Assembly: GCA_963835575.1 (NCBI GenBank)
Contig: CAWIGG010000002.1
Location: 128,001 to 192,000, forward strand
Source of the DNA: an uncultured Spirochaetota bacterium
Lineage (GTDB): Bacteria; Spirochaetota; Brevinematia; Brevinematales; JAOACQ01
Direction: 5' to 3'
DNA length: 64,000 nt
Part shown: in pieces, positions 20,153 to 29,528 of the stretch
How positions within the stretch are numbered: position 1 is the stretch's first letter
Layout of the letters: every line of letters starts with the position of its first letter
Position numbers and translations under genes: made by a program
Notes under the pieces: model-generated
Told to the model about the DNA's origin: nothing
The model's database searches: none
Seen by the model: the letters and a program-made list of their open reading frames with translations, nothing else

Positions 20153-21826
20153 CTATTCATTTGACACACTATTGCCTTCAGCGGTTATCGCGTCATGGCG
20201 GATATCGCCGGGAGTGTTCAGCACGCCGATTTCATCCAGGCCGGTGTCTCCGTCGGCAAAATCATGATAGAGATACTCCATTGTGTTGGTTAAAAATATA
20301 TTATCGACGAGAGTATTGTTGGAACTATCCGACTGATACTCATAAATGCCATAACCCGGACCCTGCCCGCCGATGGTGTTTCCGATAAACTGATTATTGC
20401 TGCAATTTGTTCCGATGCATATGCTGCCATGGCCAGCCCGGTTGAACAGGAGCAGTGTATTTGTAATCATGTTGTTAATAACGGGATAACCGGCTGACAC
20501 GTTGACAAAATAAATGCCGCCGCCGTATTGGCTGGAATTGCTGCTGATATTTCCGCTGATTGTATTAAGCCAGCTGTCGATAATTGTCAATCCTCCGCCG
20601 TTGCTTTCGGCCGTATTGCCGCTTATTGTGCAGTCAACAGTATTATAATGGCTGTATGCTATGAGCATACCGCCGTAATTGTTCCGGGCATAGTTGCCGC
20701 TGATTGTACAATTGATATCAGAATAAGAGTTATAATAAATCTGCAGTCCGCCGATGTTTGTCGCAGTGTTATTGCTGATTATTCCGCTGACCGTATTATT
20801 TGAACCCGAAATCATATTGATCCCGCCGATTCCGAAGGCTGTGTTATTGATAACGCTTGCGTTGATATTGTTGAAAGAAGCCTGATCCAGATATATTCCG
20901 CCGCCGCTGTAGGCTGAATTGCCGCTGATGACGCCGCCGATCGAATTATGAGAGCTGTGGCCGATGTATATTCCTCCTCCGTATATGTCCAATGTGTTGG
21001 TTAAATTGCCGCTGTAAATCCCGCTGATTGTATTGAAAGAGGTGTAGTCAATGAGTAATCCGCCTCCGGAATTGCTTGTGAAGCTTCCGGATATATTGAA
21101 ATTGGAACCGGACATAATTTCCATTCCGCCGCCGAAGTAGGCCGAATTATGGGAGACCGCCCCGCTGACAATGACATTGGAACAGTAAAAAAAACATAAT
21201 CCCCCTCCTCTTCCGGAAGAGGTATTATTGGTGATGACGATATTTGTGAATTGGCAGGAAACGGATGATATCGCTAAGATTCCGGCGCCCAGCCAATTCC
21301 ATCCTTCATTGATGCTGCCCTGAAGCCTCCATCCGTTTCTTACGACAAAACCGTCGAAAAGGAAGCCTGAGGTGTTTGATAAGAAGAGGATGTGAACAAG
21401 CGTTTTATTGCCGTCCAGTTCGCTGTATCCGTTACGGGAGGTGAAATCCGCGTCCCATCCGCCGAGGAGATGAAGATTGTTTTTATTGAGTATGACGACC
21501 CCCGTTCCTATTTCGGCGTAATTCAATCCGCTTCCGTTTGTGTAAATACCCTCCGCTACATTGATAACGGCGCCATCCGCCGCTGTATCAACGGCCCTCT
21601 GGATGTTCATGAACGGATGCTCTTTCGAGCCGCTATTCAGGTCGCTGCCGTTCGTGGCGACATAAATTTCGCTCAGCGTGCCCGGACTGCTGGATGAACT
21701 GCTGGAGGAACTTGTTCCGCCTCCTCCGCTACTTCCGCTGCCGGGCTGAAGCGTGCAGGATTCCGATAAAAAGAAAAATGCCGTCAATATGAGTATTGGG
21801 GCAAATAAATGTTTCCTGTCATTCAT
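20153..21826 (-). CDS. Right-handed beta-helix repeat lipoprotein
   Basis: Start MNDRK after AGGAGA; SES-C-TLQPG; YVATNGSD; GGG repeats; conserved C-terminus ending GNSVSNE. Confidence 0.85.
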   Translation of the reverse strand: MNDRKHLFAPILILTAFFFLSESCTLQPGSGSSGGGGTSSSSSSSSSPGTLSEIYVATNGSDLNSGSKEHPFMNIQRAVDTAADGAVINVAEGIYTNGSGLNYAEIGTGVVILNKNNLHLLGGWDADFTSRNGYSELDGNKTLVHILFLSNTSGFLFDGFVVRNGWRLQGSINEGWNWLGAGILAISSVSCQFTNIVITNNTSSGRGGGLCFFYCSNVIVSGAVSHNSAYFGGGMEIMSGSNFNISGSFTSNSGGGLLIDYTSFNTISGIYSGNLTNTLDIYGGGIYIGHSSHNSIGGVISGNSAYSGGGIYLDQASFNNINASVINNTAFGIGGINMISGSNNTVSGIISNNTATNIGGLQIYYNSYSDINCTISGNYARNNYGGMLIAYSHYNTVDCTISGNTAESNGGGLTIIDSWLNTISGNISSNSSQYGGGIYFVNVSAGYPVINNMITNTLLLFNRAGHGSICIGTNCSNNQFIGNTIGGQGPGYGIYEYQSDSSNNTLVDNIFLTNTMEYLYHDFADGDTGLDEIGVLNTPGDIRHDAITAEGNSVSNE

Positions 21827-21900
21827 CGTATTTCTTCTCCTTAAAATGTTTAACATTTTTCAGCGATTATAAACTGATATAAAGAAAAAAAATTTTATTA

Positions 21901-21958
21901 TCTTATATATAATACGTTTTGAGGCGTTCAATTTTGAAAAAAATTAAAAATATATTTT
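21901..21958 (-). promoter_or_regulatory. Shared array promoter motif, copy 2
   Basis: TCTTATATATAATACGTTTTGAGGCGTTCAATTTTG...AAAAATATATTTT. Confidence 0.65.
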
Positions 21959-21998
21959 GAGACTGAATAATGATTTTATTGCAATGCAATAAAGGATT

Positions 21999-22265
21999 AA
22001 CCACAGATTACACTGGCTTGTAGTGAGCTTGCCGAACTATGACACAGATGGATTCGGCGAGACTGGTTGGTGAACTTGCAGATTGTGTAATAATGCTTTA
22101 AGTCGCTCCCTGAGTGATTTTTTGGGTTTCTCCTTACTTATCTTTCCCAAAAAATCGTATCGAAGGGAGCTTAATAAATATTAGGGTTCCCTTCGATACG
22201 ATTTTTGTAAGTATAAGGGAAAGCCGGACAAAAATCACTCAGGGAACGCTCTTTTCACACAGCCA
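21999..22265. repeat. Nested repeat cluster (periodic arm, REP-like units, degenerate MITE, 145-bp palindrome)
   Basis: AACCACAGATTACAC interrupted by TAGTGAGCTTGCCGAAC; CAGATTGTGTAATAA...TTTTCACACAG enclosing palindrome 22104-22248 (CGCTCCCTGAGTGATTTT...AAAATCACTCAGGGAACG). Confidence 0.6.
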
Positions 22266-22359
22266 ACGGATGCGGGCACAAAAATAAACCATTTATCCCT
22301 TTCCAGTCATTTCAAGACTGCCGATGATTGCGGATAAAATGACGGCCATTAGCAATTCA

Positions 22360-23616
22360 TTAAAAGTTTGTATAAGGTCCCGGCGTATTGTTTACAACTG
22401 TCTCGAAATCATTCCCTGTCATAATCCCGTTCGTTGCGATGCCGTAATTGGTGTTGAAGGAGACCGTGCCGGCAATGATGTTGTTGGTGGCGTTCTGCAG
22501 GGCGATCCCCCCTCCGACGGTAGCGTAATTACTCATAATATCGCCCATAATGGAATTCCAGGCCGAGCCGCCTTCGATAAACAATCCGCCGCCGAATTGG
22601 GCGGAATTGTTGTAAACGGCGCCGCTGATCAGGTTATGGCTGGATTGATAGATATCCATTCCTCCTCCAAAACCGCCTGGCACGTTATTGCAGTAGACCG
22701 CGGAGCTGATTGAGTTGTACATTGAATTAGCAATTCCCAGCCCCCCTCCGTAAGCTGATGATGTATTATTATAGACGGAACCGCTTATTGTGTTCGAGTC
22801 CGCGGACAATAAATAAATTCCACCACCGTATTGCGCCGTGTTGCTGCAAATTACAGCATTAATTGTATTATAACTTGAATTATACAGATAAATTCCTCCT
22901 CCGCCTACGCCCACTGTCGAATTGTTGCAGATGATTCCGCTGATCATAATAAGGCTTGATAAGAAGATACTGATTCCTCCGCCGTCAGATCCGTTTTTAT
23001 TATTATTATTACTGCATATGAAATTGGTGATGATGGCATTGGTTACATACAGAAGATACATTCCCCCGTCATCGCCTGTCCCGCCGGTGAACACAAACCC
23101 GTCCAGCTGAATGTTCGTGACATTATTTATGAAGATGAGCTGGTAAGGCCATGGCTTCGTATGGGAATCCAGAACGCTCCTCCCTGCCTGGTTGTTGAAG
23201 CCGGAGTCGCATCCGCCGTAGAGACGGATATTGTTGTTTGATATCGTGAGACCGGGACTGTCTGTCGATAATCCCGCTCCCTGGGTGTACGTACCCTGTC
23301 CGACGTAGATTTTCGTGAAACCCAGCGCAGCGGCGTTCGATACCGCCTTCTGGATGGTCAGCAGGGGCGCTGCCTTGTTCGTGCCCACGCTCGCGTCACT
23401 TCCGGTTGTTGCGACATAAACGATGTTGTTGCCCTGGGGCAGCGGAACGGGGCTGCTTACAGACGAACTGCCGTCTCCTGTTGAAGAACTGCCTCCTCCT
23501 CCTCCGCCATTCCCGCCGCCCGGTTGGAGAGTGCAGGCTGTAAACAAAGCCATTATCAGTACAAAAACTGTGAGAGCATAAAAAACCGCGGGGATATGAT
23601 CTTTAATCCTATTCAT
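22360..23616 (-). CDS. Right-handed beta-helix repeat lipoprotein (lacks the shared C-terminus)
   Basis: FTA-C-TLQPGGG; YVATTGSD, PLLTIQKAV; GGG(I/L/M) repeats. Confidence 0.85.
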   Translation of the reverse strand: MNRIKDHIPAVFYALTVFVLIMALFTACTLQPGGGNGGGGGGSSSTGDGSSSVSSPVPLPQGNNIVYVATTGSDASVGTNKAAPLLTIQKAVSNAAALGFTKIYVGQGTYTQGAGLSTDSPGLTISNNNIRLYGGCDSGFNNQAGRSVLDSHTKPWPYQLIFINNVTNIQLDGFVFTGGTGDDGGMYLLYVTNAIITNFICSNNNNKNGSDGGGISIFLSSLIMISGIICNNSTVGVGGGGIYLYNSSYNTINAVICSNTAQYGGGIYLLSADSNTISGSVYNNTSSAYGGGLGIANSMYNSISSAVYCNNVPGGFGGGMDIYQSSHNLISGAVYNNSAQFGGGLFIEGGSAWNSIMGDIMSNYATVGGGIALQNATNNIIAGTVSFNTNYGIATNGIMTGNDFETVVNNTPGPYTNF

Positions 23617-23640
23617 TAAATATTCTCCTTATTAATCAAA

Positions 23641-25215
23641 TCATTCGTTCGACACGATGTTGCCGGAGGCTGTCGAGGCGTCATGCCTGGGATCATTAAC
23701 TGTATTCAGCACAGCGATTTCATCCAGGCCGGTGTCGCCGTCGGCAAAATCATGGTAAAGTAAGCCCAGCGTATTGGTTAAAAAGATGTTGCCGGTCATG
23801 GTATGGTTGGTAAAATCGAGTCCCATTTCATAAATCCCGTATCCGGCCCCCTGTCCGCCGATGGTATTGCCGGCTAAGATATTAAAACTGTTATTGGTAA
23901 TTAAGCTCGTATAGACTGTGTTGGTCCCGATGCAGATCGCTCCATGATCGGCCTGGTTGTAAAGAAGGCGGGAATTGGTAATCAGATTATTTGTGGTCAC
24001 CTGTCCTATATATATTCCGCCTCCGTTTGCCGCGGAATTGCTGCTGATATTCCCTGTTATAGTATTGTTCCATAAGAATTCGAGAAATATCCCGCCGCCG
24101 CATATTGCCGTGTTGCCCGTTATATTCGCGTCGATGGTGTCGTAAAAAACCCAATAAATATAAACTCCTCCTCCTAATTGAGCGGTGTTGCCGGTTATAT
24201 TTCCATTAATGACGCTGTGGGATGTGCCGTTTTCAACATATAATCCGCCCCCTCTATTTGCGGAATTTCCGGCTATCACGGCGTTTACGGATGTAAAGGG
24301 GCAATTATTGAAATAGATACCTCCGCCGTCATAAAGGGCTGTGTTGCTGCTGATATTTCCGCCGACGGTATTGACAGGGCTCCAGAAAAAGTATATTCCC
24401 CCGCCCTGGACGGCGTTATTTCCGGTAATGCCGCAGTTGATTACCGTATTGGAAGAGTAATCGATTTCCAGGCCGCCCCCGGAATTGCTGTTGACGTTCC
24501 CTGTGATTGCTGTGTTCGTGCAGTGGTCCGCCAACATGCCTCCGGCATAGCCTGCCGAATTATTATAAATATTCATATTAATGGTATTATAGAAGCATTT
24601 AGATATATAAATGCCTCCGCCGCTTTCCTTTGCAATGTTATTACTGATAATACCGTTTGAAAGGGTGCAGTTTGAGGATTTTATCACAAAAACCCCTCCG
24701 CCCTTGTATTCTGATGGGACGTTCGTTGCGTTTCCGTTCCTCAGCACAAATCCATCCAGAAAGATATGGGATGAATTGGATATAAAGATTATATGGTAAA
24801 GCTCTTTATTACCATCCAGCTCGCTATAACCGTTCGTTTCAGAAAAGTCTTCATTCCAACCTCCAATGAGCCGGATGTTTTTTTTATTTAGAATGACGAT
24901 ACCCGATCCTGTTTCAGAATAATTCAGCCCGTCCCCATTGGTATAGATACCCTGTGCCACATTGATTACAGCCCCGTCTGCCGCCGTATCGACAGCTTTT
25001 TGAATGTTTTTGAATGGTTCGGTTTTATTGGCGCCGCTGTTAGTGTCGCTGCCGTTTGTTGCGACATAAACTACACTTAGAGTGCCCGGACTGCTGGATG
25101 AAATACCAGTGGAGCTTGTATTGCCTCCACCGTTCCCGCTACCCGGCTGGAGCGTGCAGGAATAAAATACTAGTGCGAGAACCAAAAAGATTGCCCCATA
25201 GAAATATTTTGACAT
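23641..25215 (-). CDS. Right-handed beta-helix repeat lipoprotein
   Basis: FYS-C-TLQPG; YVATNGSD; GGG repeats; conserved C-terminus ending GNIVSNE. Confidence 0.85.
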   Translation of the reverse strand: MSKYFYGAIFLVLALVFYSCTLQPGSGNGGGNTSSTGISSSSPGTLSVVYVATNGSDTNSGANKTEPFKNIQKAVDTAADGAVINVAQGIYTNGDGLNYSETGSGIVILNKKNIRLIGGWNEDFSETNGYSELDGNKELYHIIFISNSSHIFLDGFVLRNGNATNVPSEYKGGGVFVIKSSNCTLSNGIISNNIAKESGGGIYISKCFYNTINMNIYNNSAGYAGGMLADHCTNTAITGNVNSNSGGGLEIDYSSNTVINCGITGNNAVQGGGIYFFWSPVNTVGGNISSNTALYDGGGIYFNNCPFTSVNAVIAGNSANRGGGLYVENGTSHSVINGNITGNTAQLGGGVYIYWVFYDTIDANITGNTAICGGGIFLEFLWNNTITGNISSNSAANGGGIYIGQVTTNNLITNSRLLYNQADHGAICIGTNTVYTSLITNNSFNILAGNTIGGQGAGYGIYEMGLDFTNHTMTGNIFLTNTLGLLYHDFADGDTGLDEIAVLNTVNDPRHDASTASGNIVSNE

Positions 25216-25231
25216 GAATATTCTCCTTTAA

Positions 25232-27004
25232 TTATTTTATAACAGCATCCTGGTTCGAAACAACCAGGTTGAATGGACCCGCGCCGTCAAAGGAATATAC
25301 CCTGATCACATACCAGCCGGCCGTAGTGGAATTATGGACGATCCGTTCGGCCGGGTTTACGGTCAGCGATGAGTCGGCATAGTTCCCGGAGCCGTCGTAC
25401 ATATAGAGATCGAAATCATTGGCGCCGAAATTGTATAAATCGACTGAAAAAGAGCCCGGCGCGGAGACATAAACCTGGTAGTTCTTTTCCCCGCCGGCGG
25501 GTATATTCCCGGTTTTAATGGAATTTGCCGTTATCCATTCATAGGGCGGGAATCCGTAGAGGTCCGCCAGATAGGTGTCCCATGCGCTGTCCTGATTGAA
25601 CAGAGTAAAGTTGCTGAAGGCGTAATCGTCCCTCAGATATGTCCCGCTGCCTGTCGTCGTACCGAAATAGACGGCCATGCCGTGCGAGCGGGTGTCGTCG
25701 GCGTATATATCCCCGCCGCCTGAGTGGTGCCATTCATAGGCGACAACGGCATTAACTGCGTTTTTAAGGTCCGCCGACAGACTGCCCTTGTTCACCGTAT
25801 CGGCCAGGTCGTAGAGGTCGATATGGTAGCCGCTGCCGTAATACACTTCGCATCCGGAGAGAATTGAATTGTATCTTCCTGATGCGGTATTATTATATCC
25901 CGGGTTCCATAAGTCGCCTGATAAGGCGGCTGTATAAGCGTCAAAAGCCGTTTTGAGGTTGTTTATTTTTGACAGGTCATAGGCCGCGAGGGTTGTACAG
26001 CATGTGTCCGCGTATCTTTCCTTGTAGGAATTGATGATGTTAGTGGCCAGAGCCGCGACGGTCAATGACGTGCCGCAGAACCGGGAAAGCCACACGTCGT
26101 ATTCCCAGCCGTCGCCCGGTTCCGTGTCCGCCGAGGCTATCATATATTCCGCCACGTCCTTGAATTCATACGCGGCTTCGATCATGCCCATATAGCAGGC
26201 GTCAAACCCGAGCACCTTGATGCCTTTTCCCGCCAGGGCGGCCCTGATCTCGGAATTATAAAGCCTGTCATTCCCGGACGATTCGTCGACGCAGGCGCCT
26301 TTAAGGGGGTCCAGAGTATTATCATTATTGACCGGATTTATTAAAAGACCTGAATTTTGACTTTTCGCTTCCGGGATACTTTTAGAATGGGTCAGGGGAG
26401 GCAGGGCAAAGGGATTTTGATTGCTTACCGGGCGGCTTAAATTTCCGGGAGAGCTTCTCCAGCCGTCGCCGTGGTCCCAGAGAATGAGCATATAATTCTG
26501 GGATGGGTAATTCGCCTCGACAAAATCGACAAAATCGGAGAGGGTTTTCCCGTCTCCCATATTCAGATCCTGGTTATTGCCGGTTGTCGTCAGCGCGACC
26601 CCGTTTATCGTGCCGCTGAGGCGCTTTGAGCGGATCGTGCTGTCAAAGCCGAATGGGTCGTGCAGGACCTCGTAAAGCCGCGCACCCGTCCAGTTGCCCT
26701 GGCTTGTGTCATAACCGGGAGACCTGTCGAAGAGAACAATGACTTTAACAAGAGGGTTGTTCAGGCCGGCTTCCATCTCGTTAAAATCATCGAGCCCGTA
26801 TGATTCCAGGTTGTTATCGGCGTCCAGGTATACCATGATGACCTGGATTTTGTTTGTGTCTTTCATCATATCCGATAAGCCCGCAGAGGATGTGCCTGAT
26901 GTGCCGCCGCCGGTGTTCCCTCCCGGCGCCATAGAGCACCCGTACAGATGAATAAACAAAATGCTGATAATTATAAATTTTATATAGGATAATATTTTAT
27001 TCAT
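25232..27004 (-). CDS. Clostripain-family (C11) cysteine protease lipoprotein with C-terminal PPC-like domain (paralog 2)
   Basis: LYG-C-SMAPG; MVYLDADNNLE, LILWDHGDGW, GFDACYMG, DFDLYMYD. Confidence 0.9.
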   Translation of the reverse strand: MNKILSYIKFIIISILFIHLYGCSMAPGGNTGGGTSGTSSAGLSDMMKDTNKIQVIMVYLDADNNLESYGLDDFNEMEAGLNNPLVKVIVLFDRSPGYDTSQGNWTGARLYEVLHDPFGFDSTIRSKRLSGTINGVALTTTGNNQDLNMGDGKTLSDFVDFVEANYPSQNYMLILWDHGDGWRSSPGNLSRPVSNQNPFALPPLTHSKSIPEAKSQNSGLLINPVNNDNTLDPLKGACVDESSGNDRLYNSEIRAALAGKGIKVLGFDACYMGMIEAAYEFKDVAEYMIASADTEPGDGWEYDVWLSRFCGTSLTVAALATNIINSYKERYADTCCTTLAAYDLSKINNLKTAFDAYTAALSGDLWNPGYNNTASGRYNSILSGCEVYYGSGYHIDLYDLADTVNKGSLSADLKNAVNAVVAYEWHHSGGGDIYADDTRSHGMAVYFGTTTGSGTYLRDDYAFSNFTLFNQDSAWDTYLADLYGFPPYEWITANSIKTGNIPAGGEKNYQVYVSAPGSFSVDLYNFGANDFDLYMYDGSGNYADSSLTVNPAERIVHNSTTAGWYVIRVYSFDGAGPFNLVVSNQDAVIK

Positions 27005-27016
27005 AAAATTCTCCTC

Positions 27017-28399
27017 TTAATAATTAGAAACGATGTTGCCGCCCGCGAACGCGCTTCCCGAATAGGAGCTGTCATTAACGGCGGCAATGGAAACCGTACT
27101 GCCTTTTTTAGAGTCATAATAAAGGTAAGCCAATTTATTGGTAAAGAATACGTTGTCCTTTATGGTCTGGCCTGTAATATCGAAGAGATAATATTCGTAA
27201 ATCGCGCAGCCGGAACCGTCCCCGCCGATATAGTTGCTGACGATCTGGACATTATTTGCTTCCTCCATGTATATAGCATTGGTTTCATGGTTATTGATGA
27301 TCGTAGTGCCGGTTATCAATATGCTTTTAGTTTGAAAGAGATCAATTACGCCTTCTCCATTCAACTCTGATGCTGTATTATCAAAAATCAATGCGGTAAT
27401 GACATTCCCGTCGCCGTACCAGTCGCTTATTCCGCTGATATATTTTACCGTATTGCTGAAAATGCTTCCTGTAACGGCAACATTCTTGCAGTACTGCAGA
27501 TGCAATGTATAGCCTGACGCGGCCGAAAAATTGTCGTATATATCCGCTTTTAAGGAAATATTATAGCCGTTGAAAACCTCCGCTCCAACTCCCTCGTTCC
27601 AGCTGCCTGTTATCGAATTGCCGGAAATAGACCCGGATATTACGGCGTTTGAGACCTCAGCCAGAAATAATCCGCCGCCGCAGCCGGTTGAGCAGTTATC
27701 TCTGACGGTCCCGTCAAAAATGAGATTATAACAGTCCATAATGAATATTCCGCCTCCGTACGCGAGTGAATAATTGCTCATAACGGCTATATTCGACAGG
27801 CTCAAATTAATCACATTATTGACATACAACCCGCCTCCATAACCGGTGCCGAATCCGGTATACACCCCATTGGTCCCGCCTTTGATGACAAAGCCTTCAA
27901 TCGCGATGTTTTTCGAGTCCCGGATGCAGACGATATTGGACAATACCTGCATGCCGTCCAGAACGCTCGCGCTTCCGCGGCTTGAATAATCCGTGTTCCA
28001 GCCCCCGCAGAGGTACAGGGCCGGGGATTTGTCGATCAGGAGGCCGCTGCCGTTTATGTTGGTCAGTCCGGAATTGACTGTATATGTTCCAGCCTGAACG
28101 AAGACATTTGTATAATGGGACGCTTTCGCGATCTCCAGCGCCCTCTGGATTGTCAGGACCGGCGCGGCAAGCGTGCCGTCTGCGGTGTCGAGGCCCGAGG
28201 GGGAAACATACACAGGCCCTTCGGAATACAGGCTGGTTAACGAGGATGATGAGCCGGAAGAACCCGTCGAACTCGCCGCGGACACTGCTGAAGACGCCGC
28301 GCCGCTGGAATTTCCTTCCGCCGCCGGGGATACGGAACATCCCTGATAAAAGGCTGTTATTGTAATAATTGAGCAGAAAATTAAAATGGATTTTTTCAT
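27017..28399 (-). CDS. Right-handed beta-helix repeat lipoprotein (diverged C-terminus)
   Basis: YQG-C-SVSPA; YVSPSGLD...TIQRAL; GGG repeats; ends GNIVSNY. Confidence 0.82.
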   Translation of the reverse strand: MKKSILIFCSIITITAFYQGCSVSPAAEGNSSGAASSAVSAASSTGSSGSSSSLTSLYSEGPVYVSPSGLDTADGTLAAPVLTIQRALEIAKASHYTNVFVQAGTYTVNSGLTNINGSGLLIDKSPALYLCGGWNTDYSSRGSASVLDGMQVLSNIVCIRDSKNIAIEGFVIKGGTNGVYTGFGTGYGGGLYVNNVINLSLSNIAVMSNYSLAYGGGIFIMDCYNLIFDGTVRDNCSTGCGGGLFLAEVSNAVISGSISGNSITGSWNEGVGAEVFNGYNISLKADIYDNFSAASGYTLHLQYCKNVAVTGSIFSNTVKYISGISDWYGDGNVITALIFDNTASELNGEGVIDLFQTKSILITGTTIINNHETNAIYMEEANNVQIVSNYIGGDGSGCAIYEYYLFDITGQTIKDNVFFTNKLAYLYYDSKKGSTVSIAAVNDSSYSGSAFAGGNIVSNY

Positions 28400-28430
28400 C
28401 GGTTCGGACCTCCTATGGGCCGTATAAATT

Positions 28431-29489
28431 TTATTTTATGACCGCTATGGAATAGGCGCGCGTGTCGTTCGTTCCTTCGCCGGTGAGGTCTGTCCGGCTT
28501 GTCCCCGTCCAGTAGCAGGCCGTGATATTGGAACCGGTATTATAGTATCCTGCGGTATAAACCGTGCCGTCCAGAACGGCTATCGCATAGGCGATGGCGT
28601 TGCTGCCCGGCAGGTCCGTTTTAACGGTCCCGGTCCAATAGCATGCGACGCTGACCGTACCGATTAAGTAGCATCCCGCGGTGTAGACCGTCCCTCCGGA
28701 CAGCGTCAAGGCATACGCGTAAGTATTATAACCTGTAATCAGGTCGGTTTTGTTTGTTCCGGCCCAGTAACATGCCCGGTAATCCGGGTATATGCCGTAA
28801 GTCCCGGCGGTATAATTGGTGCCGTTTAAAACGGCTATCCCGTAACCCCATGCGTCATTTGTGCCGGTGCCGGGCAGGTCTGTCCTGTTGGTACCGGTCC
28901 AAGTGCAGGCGATCCTGTTGGACGGGCAATAGCTTCCGGCCGTATAGACCGTTCCGTTCAATACCGTTATTGACCGGGCCAGGGCCGAATGCGTTCCGTC
29001 TCCCGGCAGGTTTGTCAGGTTTGGGCCTTCCCAGGCGCCGGCGTTATATGTGGAGCCGGCATAGTATTCGCCGGCCGTATAAATAATTCCTTCCGACAGG
29101 GCTATGGAATAGACCCGGCTGTCAGAGCCGGGATTCAAATCCGCTTCGTTCGTGTTTGACCAGAAACAGGCGACGTCAAACGAACTATTCCAATAATATC
29201 CGCTCGTGTAGACCGTTCCGCCGGAAACGGCTATGGAATTGGCCTGGGAATAAGTGAAGCCGGGAATTTTTGTGATATTTGTGCCAGTCCAGTAGCAGGC
29301 TTTCGCACTGCCGGCTCCGTTTACGTAATAGCCGACGGTGTAGACTGTTGCCCCCTGAGCGCCTCCTCCGTTGTTGCTGCCGCCGCTTCCGCCGCCTCCC
29401 GGCTGGATCGTACAGGTGATCAATAAAGCTGTCATCATTACTAAACTTGCAAAGAAAACCGAAAAGATATATTTTTTGATCCTGTTCAT
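28431..29489 (-). CDS. Tandem-repeat (probable 7-bladed beta-propeller) lipoprotein
   Basis: LIT-C-TIQPG; about seven ~43-aa repeats of GTVYTAGY...ACYWTGT.RTDLPG...AYSIAV. Confidence 0.8.
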   Translation of the reverse strand: MNRIKKYIFSVFFASLVMMTALLITCTIQPGGGGSGGSNNGGGAQGATVYTVGYYVNGAGSAKACYWTGTNITKIPGFTYSQANSIAVSGGTVYTSGYYWNSSFDVACFWSNTNEADLNPGSDSRVYSIALSEGIIYTAGEYYAGSTYNAGAWEGPNLTNLPGDGTHSALARSITVLNGTVYTAGSYCPSNRIACTWTGTNRTDLPGTGTNDAWGYGIAVLNGTNYTAGTYGIYPDYRACYWAGTNKTDLITGYNTYAYALTLSGGTVYTAGCYLIGTVSVACYWTGTVKTDLPGSNAIAYAIAVLDGTVYTAGYYNTGSNITACYWTGTSRTDLTGEGTNDTRAYSIAVIK

Positions 29490-29528
29490 AATTTATTCTC
29501 CTCATTTATTCCAGTTTTATAGATAATG

